A stretch of DNA of 63,174 bases, the filler included, from Octopus bimaculoides (taxonomy: Eukaryota), in assembly GCF_001194135.2 (NCBI RefSeq). It is 5 parts of 5 records of this genome, joined end to end, with 100 filler letters (N's around TTAATTAATTAA, not from the genome) between each part and the next. Parts side by side here need not be neighbours in the genome. Positions count along the whole stretch, not along the records: positions 40,608 to 60,270 come from NC_069003.1; positions 60,371 to 63,174 come from NC_068982.1; 3 more parts are not named here. One strand, written 5' to 3'. The translations under genes were made by a program, and so were the position numbers. The notes under the pieces are model-generated. The model ran no database searches, was not told where the DNA came from, and saw only the letters and a program-made list of their open reading frames with translations. Of the stretch, positions 53,998 through 63,174 are shown one piece after another (position 1 is the first letter of the stretch; every line of letters begins with the position of its first letter).

Positions 53998-55039
53998 TGC
54001 TACATATGTAAATATGTCTTTATTAATGATGTATCTCGAAGTGAATTCAGCCATAAATAATAGTTTATGACATATTGGGTTTTAAACCCCTTGGATGGAA
54101 AAAATAGCAGAAAACTACCTGCAAAACTTGAACCGCAGATCTTCTGTAATTCAATCAGACGTATAGAAGTCGCGCGATTCAAGTCCCGCCTTCTTCTGTC
54201 TGAAGGTCTTTTTTTTAAATTTTAACCCAGTGTGTTATAATCTATTATATATTGCTGAGTTCGCTTTGAGATAGATTGTTAATAAAGTCTTATTTAGAAA
54301 CCAGAGTTATTCAGAATAGCTGGTAAGAGAAACTCGAAGGGCTTCAAAAATATACAAATGCCCGCAACCTATACATCTACTCGGGGAAACAAGGAGTTGT
54401 ATAGACCGACACGTTTTTTAAACATGAACTTTAAAAATTGGTGACAATTCCAGCATCAACTTGAAGTCATAGAAAGAACATTTCAGTACACTCCTGAATA
54501 AGAATTCCACTGTTGTTGAAGACGTCCTTCAAAATGTTTCCCATATCCTCCATAACCTTAAATGTCAACCTCAAGCCACCGACATAAGAAGCGACATAAT
54601 CATTTATAGGAAATCATACTCAGTGCACCACCCTCACTACGATTGATACACCAAGAAGTATGTCGTTCATTCTCTCTGAAATGGTTATTGGAACTGGGAA
54701 CGTCAGATATGAAGGACAACAGCAACATGCCTGAAAGAAGTTTCATGTGACTCACAAACTGGCAAAGATGAACATTAATTCTGTTGTTTAAACTCTTTGC
54801 CTGTCCTGTGTATCACATGTAATACACAGGACATACATTGCTGGCGTCCATGTATCATATATGATAAACATTCCCAATTTTTTTCAACCACCTTGGGATT
54901 TGAGAATGAAAAGATTTATAGTACTCAGAACGTATGAAATAAGGGCTAACTGAAAGTCTGAAAATAGACACGGGCTTTTAGGACAAACTTATAAAAGTGC
55001 TATGAAAAGGCAAACAATTAAGTAAAACTAGAAGGGAAA

Positions 55040-56100
55040 ATAAAAGTGTTCGGTTTGGGTTATACTATCTTTCGGAAGAGGAAGGAAGAAGGAGAATACC
55101 ACATTCAAGGAATCAGTTTTAGTGTGATAACAGAGTTAGTAAAAACCCAACAACTACCCACTCTGTCTGCCATTTTACAGAAGCAGCAGTTCCTTTACTT
55201 TTTTAAAATCTTTTTCTATGCCCCTAAACAAGATGCCAAAGAAAACGTTAAGTAACAATTCTACCATAAATTGAAGACCATTCTCTCCAAGTAATGGGAA
55301 AATGCAGTCGGAAGACCAGATATTAGAAACTGCAATACAAATGGTCTGTTGCTTCTTGGACTGAGTGCAGAGCAAGAATTTTTCATTACCAATAACAAGT
55401 TCTGACCTCCAGATCGCGGTCCAGACACATGGATGCATGCACCCACGATCAAACATTAGCACATCCTTGACTACATAATTATTCGACAACACGGTGAAGA
55501 ATATATTCGCATCAACAAGACAGCTAGAATTGCGAGCGACTGCTAGACAGACCAGAAACTCCCCATAAGTCAACTCTAGAATTCTGTCTTTTGAAAATAT
55601 CCATCCACCAAGCAAATCCACCATGAAGAAAACTCAAGATCTTGAAACTTTAAAAAGGTGGAGAATTGGCTGAGTTGTCTGAATGTTGGGCGGAATGCTC
55701 CNNNNNNNNNNNNNNNNNNNNNNNNNNNNNNNNNNNNNNNNNNNNNNNNNNNNNNNNNNNNNNNNNNNNNNNNNNNNNNNNNNNNNNNNNNNNNNNNNNN
55801 NNNNNNNNNNNNNNNNNNNNNNNNNNNNNNNNNNNNNNNNNNNNNNNNNNNNNNNNNNNNNNNNNNNNNTGACTGCAATGACTGTAACAGCACTTGTATC
55901 AAAACTGTGTTAGGCCAAGTCAGCGGACTTTCCTTTGGATAAACCTTAATGGTGTGAAATGGGGAGACACTTACATGCATAGACAACAACCGTATGTCTT
56001 CCTCAAAAATGCCTTGCCCACGCTTGTACATAGCGGTCCAGATGTGTAGTCAACATTGAACAACAGAGAACTTATAGAAACTTCAAAATGAAAGTATCAC
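55040..56100 (+). mobile_element. RTE (BovB-like) LINE relic, AP-endonuclease and linker
   Basis: GYTIFRK...GISFSVITELVK, YAPKQDA, CNTNGLLLLGLSAEQEFFITN, TWMHAPTIKH*HILDYIIIR, with stops and frameshifts. Confidence 0.88.
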
Positions 56101-56545
56101 TGAAGAATTTTTTTTTTTTAATTGTCAAAGAGTAACTGACTAATATTCTCGTCAACACTAAAAAAAAAAAAAAAAAGCGAAAACGAAAAATGGACCATCC
56201 TCCGAAACGTCATTATTGAATCAACTGAGAAAATCATTGTGATGTCAGGGTTACCATCTTATAGCAGTAATGTTGATTAAATGACACACTATAATTTAAT
56301 GAATATGAGAGAAAGGGAGGTCACCAACAAGAAAATAGGAATTTGCGAGACGTTTGTAATAAGTCATAACATATTTATTACTGGGGGTAATGCATTAACA
56401 TATAAGATTAATTGAAGGAAACCGTGCAACATTACATGAATATATTCTGCAATCACGTCTCCAAGTAAGTGAGGCGAATGTGCGCGCGAGCTGGTGTGTA
56501 AATGCGGTGGCTTGACCCAATGCATGTCGAAGAATCAACAGGCAC

Positions 56546-56654
56546 TGAATGGCGCAAATTTAGAAATTCCTTCCTTTATATAAGGGATGAACTGGAAGTC
56601 CCTGACTTCCACGTAATCCAGAAACTTCCAGAATGTTCGAGAACTTTCTAGAAG
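56546..56654 (-). promoter_or_regulatory. Heat-shock-type core promoter: 7-unit HSE, TATA box and Inr-like site
   Basis: 56620-56654 reads aGAAa cTTCc aGAAt gTTCg aGAAc tTTCt aGAAg. Minus-strand TATATAAA at 56582-56575 and CCATTCAGT at about 56552-56544. Confidence 0.7.
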
Positions 56655-56999
56655 GTCGAGGGAGATTACTCTCATTAAATCCCTTTTCCGTTTTGCTTCC
56701 TAACATGACCACCAAGGTTCACTACAGTATCGAAGACATTTTGGGTTTTATCAAGCTAAAAACAAGAAGCGTGTCTCGTCTTTATACAAGATCCTATATC
56801 CAGCGCGAACCCCCCCACCCAACAAAACGGAAATGTCAGACACAAATTAAAATGATCCAGAACAGTTGATAGTTAAGAGAAAGGAAGAAAAGGGGAAAAA
56901 ACCTGACGACTTAAAAAAACATGTAGATGTGCTGTAGTGGTTTTCAACAGGAACGCTGAAAACAACCAGTAATTCTAGCACCTACACTGACAACTACAT

Positions 57000-58150
57000 T
57001 TCAGCAGACTCATAAACTGGAATTTTAAATGTGAACCCCACCAACAGATGAATTCACTGAAGCCATTAAATTCAATGCTGCCAAAGAAAATACTTGGCCC
57101 AGACTGGACAACATTCCTCTGAAATCCATTGTTTATAGAGACCTGTTTAAAGAAAAAAGCTTTCACTCTTTTTAGCGATGTCAATCAAGAAAATATTCCC
57201 TCTCACTTACAGAAGAGAAAAGTTCTAGTGAGCGCAATTTATATGGGGTAATTTTACATTAAGGAGTGGAATGTACAATTTCTTGTATTTCAGACCGCCT
57301 CATGGCCCTAACAGATAAAACAGAAAAGGCGTTGCTCTGGAGGAAGGCGAGGAAGATGCGCTGGAACATTCACTCTGACTCACGGGGATCACACAACTCT
57401 TGTACTTTAAATGCGGAATGCTCAGAAGTATACTTGCTGATGCGAAAGTTTTCGTCACTCTGACCATCTTCAAAGAAAAAAGAGGGATAGTGTCCAGTCC
57501 AGGAACTTTCCTTGGTTACAGTTTAGTGATGGGATCAGCCCCTGTGAATTTATTAGTTTGTTGGTGTAGCTGACATCTACAGGTATGGACAAATGAAAAA
57601 CTTCAAACAAAGAACCAAACATTAGGTCTTTTAAACTGTTATCATTTCAACTTTACAAATGTGAAACAGGATCCAGCACTGGCGTGACACCAAGTAAGAT
57701 GATCGCTTTCACTAGCAATCAAAAGGGAGGACTGCATCATCAGCCTTGCAGTCCTTGAGTAATATCGAAGTCACAATCGTCAAATATCAACTTAGATGGG
57801 ATAGACCAAGTACACTACCGTATAACACCAATATTCACTGACAAATCTTCTCTAGAGCACTCTGTGCCGGTAAAATCTTTTTTAAACCCCTGGACTGCTC
57901 TTTGCGACTTTATAATATCAGCTCAAACAGACTGTGAAGACCAATCAAATAGAAGATGTGAACACGCAGCAAATCGCCAACAGTGGCATCAGACCATCTG
58001 AATTGAACAAGGAAATCAAGAGCTGACACAGAAAATACCTTCTAACCTAACCATGTCAATTGCTGTCAGCCAAATACAGCTAGTACTTACTTGTGATTCA
58101 TGCAAGGACTCGCTGTCTCAGTTGTCAGAGGCGTCAGTAATACAAACGAG
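57000..58150 (+). mobile_element. RTE LINE relic, RT start and C-terminal region (probable continuation of 55040-56100)
   Basis: PPTDEFTEAIK..., SNIEVTIVKYQLRW and a terminal TCDSCK-like Cys motif. Heavily deleted. Confidence 0.7.
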
Positions 58151-58989
58151 AAAGGATAAAATATTCGGAAACGAGGACTAGCTGTCGACGATGATAATAT
58201 ATATATATATATATATATANNNNNNNNNNNNNNNNNNNNNNNNNNNNNNNNNNNNNNNNNNNNNNNNNNNNNNNNNNNNNNNNNNNNNNNNNNNNNNNNN
58301 NNNNNNNNNNNNNNNNNNNNNNNNNNNNNNNNNNNNNNNNNNNNNNNNNNNNNNNNNNNNNNNNNNNNNNNNNNNNNNNNNNNNNNNNNNNNNNNNNNNN
58401 NNNNNNNNNNNNNNNNNNNNNNNNNNNNNNNNNNNNNNNNNNNNNNNNNNNNNNNNNNNNNNNNNNNNNNNNNNNNNNNNNNNNNNNNNNNNNNNNNNNN
58501 NNNNNNNNNNNNNNNNNNNNNNNNNNNNNNNNNNNNNNNNNNNNNNNNNNNNNNNNNNNNNNNNNNNNNNNNNNNNNNNNNNNNNNNNNNNNNNNNNNNN
58601 NNNNNNNNNNNNNNNNNNNNNNNNNNNNNNNNNNNNNNNNNNNNNNNNNNNNNNNNNNNNNNNNNNNNNNNNNNNNNNNNNNNNNNNNNNNNNNNNNNNN
58701 NNNNNNNNNNNNNNNNNNNNNNNNNNNNNNNNNNNNNNNNNNNNNNNNNNNNNNNNNNNNNNNNNNNNNNNNNNNNNNNNNNNNNNNNNNNNNNNNNNNN
58801 NNNNNNNNNNNNNNNNNNNNNNNNNNNNNNNNNNNNNNNNNNNNNNNNNNNNNNNNNNNNNNNNNNNNNNNNNNNNNNNNNNNNNNNNNNNNNNNNNNNN
58901 NNNNNNNNNNNNNNNNNNNNNNNNNNNNNNNNNNNNNNNNNNNNNNNNNNNTCCGTACTTTTTCCGTGAGGGCGCTAAAATTAATGCAT

Positions 58990-59639
58990 ATTTATGCAGC
59001 AAATAGCATTGAATATATACGTGCTACGTACTTATACATTATAATTTTTATATCGTCGACAAGTGTGGTCTTTGTAATATGGAAAGATGGCTCATCTGGA
59101 AAAGTCCCTTGGACCCCGCTACATGTTTAACTTCAAGAACTGAACTTTTTGGATCATGTCCACATGATACAAAATACCTGTTACAGTTTTGGGCCCCACC
59201 AAGATCACAGCTACAATCCACATTTCTACTATGTTCCTCCACAAGCTTTCCCATGTTTTAATTTCTATTAATTTTTATTTTTTATTTTTTATATTTTCTT
59301 ATTCTTTCCTTTTTCCTTTTTAATTGTGTGAGTATGTACGTGTGTGTTTGTGCATGTATATGTATGTATATATATTATATGTATATGCGCGTGTGTGGCT
59401 ATGTGTGTCTATGTATGTATATGAATATAAGACTGTCCGGTGCATATGTGCGACTTTCACGCACCTCCGCTTCATTTATACGAATATGCATATGTTTGTA
59501 TATATGCAGGAGTGTGAATGTATGTCTGCATATATACACGTATATTTATACGTATACATATCTAAATATATATGCATTATGTTACGTGTATGCATGTAAG
59601 CATCTATGCGTATATGAGGATGAGGTTGCGTACACATAT

Positions 59640-59696
<57 letters not shown>

Positions 59697-60190
59697 AGTG
59701 TGCGCGCGTGTGTGGGTATGGGTGTATGTATGAGTACGTACATACATAAATTTGTGTGTGTGTGTATGTGCATGTATGTATACATGTTTGTGTGGGAGTG
59801 TACGTATGTAGACTTTGTGAACGCAGGAGGTTTATATCTATGTATTGTGATAATATGGTTGCGTGTATTTATCTTTTTTCTTTTTCTACCTATTAGAGTA
59901 ACTTCCCTTTTATTCAATGGTTTTTTTATAGCGTCTGATACCATTAATAGCCGATGAGAATGTATCGTAGTTCTTCGTTCCGACATTCGAAACTCCGAGT
60001 ACTATAATGACAACCTTTTATTGTTTGTTCTGAATTATAACATATAAATAATCCTCTATTTATCTAATATCGAGGTCTTATTCTTTTGTTGTTAATTTAT
60101 TATTATTATTATTTTCATTATTTTATGTTTGACTTTTGTTTTTCATTTGTACAAGTTGGATCCAAGTCTCACCCAGAGACCTTAAGTATT
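58990..60190 (+). mobile_element. 3' end of another Naiad-like PLE (endonuclease tail, microsatellite-rich UTR, hammerhead)
   Basis: KCGLCNMERWLIWKSPLDPATCLTSRTELFGSCPHDTKYLL matches the 'CxLCxxEKxxI...LNxRxELxxxCxH' tail. Linkage to the hammerhead at 59942 is inferred from position. Confidence 0.7.
59942..60009 (+). ncRNA. Type-I hammerhead ribozyme fold (U4 to C)
   Basis: CAUUAAUAG-CCGAUGA-GAAUGU..ACAUUC-GAAA-CUCCGAG-UA-CUAUAAUG, with an 8-bp bulged stem I, a perfect 6-bp stem II and a near-palindromic stem III. Confidence 0.75.
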
Positions 60191-60370
60191 ATTATTACTA
60201 GTGCTATTATATATGTATGCATATATGTGTGTGTATATATGTATGTATATATATATATATATATATATATNNNNNNNNNNNNNNNNNNNNNNNNNNNNNN
60301 NNNNNNNNNNNNNNTTAATTAATTAANNNNNNNNNNNNNNNNNNNNNNNNNNNNNNNNNNNNNNNNNNNN

Positions 60371-60399
<29 letters not shown>

Positions 60400-60404
<5 letters not shown>

Positions 60405-62969
60405 CGATTTAGTTTTTGAATTTTAAAAAATTGTTTAAATCTAGAAATAATCTTTCACCTAACCCAAGATTGAAACAGTTTGAAGACGATCGCTGGTCTA
60501 TCGTGAGGAATGTGAAATTCCACTGTTTCGATCTTGAGGAATAAACATCTAAGGTGTCTTCACAATATCAGCTAAGAAATTCATTGCATGGATGGGATAC
60601 TGGTTCAATCGGATAAAACAGGTAACCTGTACAGGCTTACCAGGGACTATTACCTCGAATTGCTTAGAAAAGAAATACGAAAGAATTATTGGATTACCAG
60701 TAAAAGTGCAATCAGGAAAGCCAATATGGAGAAATATGACTTACAGATGAAGAACCCCTTGATCCTAAACAACCTCGTTTTATTTTAAAAGATCACAAAC
60801 AAAATGTTTTTATAACCCATCCTTACGACTTATTTGTCCTTCTAGCTCTGACATCAGTGTACTTAGCAAAAATATTCTAGATAGATATATTCCTACCTTA
60901 GTTAAAAAATTAAAGCTTAATTTATGGTCTAATTCGTTCCAAGTGGTCGACTAGTTTAATTCTATTAATAACAAGAAGTGCACTACGTTTATCCAGTTTG
61001 ACATTTCTAGTTTCTATTCCTCTGTCAACCCAATCGTACTTAACAAGGCACTCTGGCTCACTCACTACAAAGCAGTTCTCACCAGGGAAGAAATTAATGT
61101 CGTGTTAGCCGCCAGAAAATCTATTATTAAATCCGATTATAAGCTATGGGTCCGGAAAGATACTTCCGACAGTTTTGATGTCCCGATGGGAAGTTCTGAT
61201 TCAGCACAAATCGCTGATTTGGTCGGTATATTTATCCTTTAAGGGATGGCTGACCAATTCCCAAACATCAATGGAGGTCTATATCATGATGATTGTCTAC
61301 TCTACCTTCAAAATGCTTCTAATCAAAAATTACACAGGGTTAAGAATAACTTAGCTAAATTTTTCCGAAACATGGGCTTAAGCATTGTTTTTGACGATGA
61401 TATAACTAAAGCCAACTTTTTGGATATTACCTTTAACTTGCATAATGATTCGCATTTCCCATACCATAAACCCTCAACTAATTAAAAATATATTAGCTCT
61501 TTCAGTAATCACTCTAAGGCTATTACAAAGAATTTAGTTAGGAATATTTCACTTAGACTTTCTAGATTATCTGCTAATGTTGATATCTTCAACGATAATG
61601 CTGAATTTTATAACCCTGTCTTACTTAAAGCAGGCTATAAAGAAAAAAATACTTATATTAACCCTATTGACATTAATTCTACCTCTATTAATCAGGACAT
61701 GAAATCAAGTCATAACGATATTAACAATATTAATTTTATTTCGAAATAACAACATCAAATCGAGTAATGTAATTCTGCAGCGTAAGGGAGATAACCGTTA
61801 TTTAAGCCCGCTTTTAAAGGTACATCGAGGGCTTTTAAAGATAATTACCCTAATAACAAGGTATATCCTAGCAAAACTGTTTGGTTAATTCCATATAGTA
61901 AGCAGATCAAATGCAACCTCCCTTACCAGTTTTATGAAGCTATAGAAAAGAATTTCCCAAGAAATTCAAGATTCTATTCGATTATTAATTCACACCGAAT
62001 CAGGATAGGCTTTTCTAATACAAAAGATCTTTCACAAATCATCTCTTCGCATGATAAGTTGTTAAATACAAATCCACTTAATGAAAATGCTAACATTGAT
62101 TTTGTTAATACTAACCATTCTTTAAATAATAACAGCGGGGTCATTGTTTCTGAAGTTGACTCCAATCGCATTCGTTTTCTTAGCAGTAATTCAAAGACTA
62201 GAAAATCTATTTATCAATGTAAAATTACTTCCGGTTCTGACGTCTTTTTCTATATAGGTAGTTCTTCATCTCAGTTGTCCAAAAGAATATCTAATCATTA
62301 CTCTACATTTAGACATATCAATAAACGTAACAATACTGGGATTAGTAAATTAATCTGGGATCTAAAGGATCATAATAAACAATTTGATTTGGAATGGAAT
62401 ATTCTCTCTGTATCTTTTCCATATGATAAAGGTAAATCTTTCTGTTCGCCTTGTATCAGTGAAATGTACTTTATCCTGTTCTCTGAGAATCCCCTTGTAA
62501 ACACGTTTATAGAACGCGTTTATCGTTGCAAATATTGGCAGAAATATACCTTTAGTTCCTATAAGTGATTTCTACCATTCTATAAAATTCGACCTTTGAC
62601 TGTCTTCTTACATTTCACTTCCACTAAGTATATCTACTTCTATGCCTTTAAGCTTTATTCTAATTCACCTATCGCTCTATATCTCTCCACTATTAGTTTT
62701 CTGCTAATTTCTTTCTCTTCCTCTTTCTATAAACTACCTTGACGTATCTACTAACAGTTTTTTAAAAAACTTGATAGCGTTCCCTTCGTCATATACGAAG
62801 TCATCACAGTCTGTTAAAATGTCTTATTGATGTGTTTGGTTTCTTTCTTTTCTTGATGAAAAGATTGCATTGTTTTACACCATTTTGTTCCTTCTGGAAT
62901 AATACCAATGTTTTTTTCGAAACATATGTCGGAAGTAAAAAGATTTGAATAACACCTGCGTTTAACTCC

Positions 62970-62975
<6 letters not shown>
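60400..62975 (+). mobile_element. Near-full-length decayed Penelope-like retroelement (RT plus C-terminal GIY-YIG), Naiad-like
   Basis: SDKTGNLY, ILKDHK, RLICPSSS, FIQFDISSFYSS, FDVPMGSSDSAQIADLVG, GLYHDDCL, NFLDITFNL, SNH...RLSRLS, IYQC...YIG...RISNH, CSPCISE; stop at 62568; (TA)n on both flanks. Confidence 0.93.
62848..62935 (+). ncRNA. Degenerate type-I hammerhead ribozyme (C3 to U) in the PLE 3' UTR
   Basis: UUUUC-UUGAUGA-A..CAUUG...CAAUG..C-GAAA-CAUAUG-UC-GGAAG. Confidence 0.65.
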
Positions 62976-63000
<25 letters not shown>

Positions 63001-63174
63001 AGCAATGTTAATTCTCTAAATGAAGTATTAACAGTAACTGCACGATAAAGTGTAGTATATTGCCACTTAAGTGTGGCTGACCCCTAGGGGTGGATGTTAC
63101 TGTTGCTTTTAGCCCCAGGAGGACATCTCCTCCAGCTGGCTTATCGACACACGACTGTGTCCTGTTTGCCAAGG

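Noticed and set aside
56705-56869. Short ORF MTTKVHYSIEDILG... containing an eh1-like motif (YSIEDIL)
   Set aside because: No homeobox or other transcription-factor exon is visible, and a 7-residue match is plausible by chance.
57729-57754. GGACTGCA/TGCAGTCC hairpin with CUGAUGA in the loop on the minus strand
   Set aside because: No GAAA/stem III/UH, so not a hammerhead. It lies inside an RTE relic.
60400-62700. Possible selenoprotein-type Naiad (in-frame UGA plus SECIS, reported for some Naiads)
   Set aside because: The in-frame stops I traced in the RT are TAG/TAA, Cys positions are normal codons, and I see no SECIS-like AUGA/GA stem after the stop. The same holds for the fragments at 663-1150 and 59040-59260.

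Overview
AT-rich, gap-containing animal genomic DNA. The SINE families and the clustered 'CDICGKSFS...HTGEKP' zinc-finger genes suggest Octopus or another coleoid cephalopod; this is inferred from recollection, not from a search. The first 17 kb holds four C2H2 zinc-finger genes, each with its whole finger array in one exon, arranged as two head-to-head pairs (A- / B+ and C- / D+). The pairs appear to be a tandem duplication of one divergent two-gene cassette, with shared 5' exons, introns and UTRs. ZNF-D is frameshifted by a 40-bp retroelement tail with a 6-bp target-site duplication. The remaining 46 kb has no recognisable host gene. It is a mosaic of microsatellites, tRNA-head SINEs, LINE relics (CR1-like, RTE, R4/Dong), three families of Tc1/mariner relics (DD34D, DD37D, DD41D), a probable Helitron relic and several Penelope-like elements (PLEs), one nearly full length. 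Four complete or near-complete type-I hammerhead ribozyme folds and one half fold sit at PLE-type 3' ends. Best second-look items: the micro-insertion in ZNF-D, a hammerhead with a duplicated GAAA-stemIII-UA module, a seven-unit heat-shock element with TATA and Inr lying between LINE fragments with no target gene visible, and finger-specific divergence between ZNF paralogues. I see no firm evidence of a wholly new system; these are testable leads.
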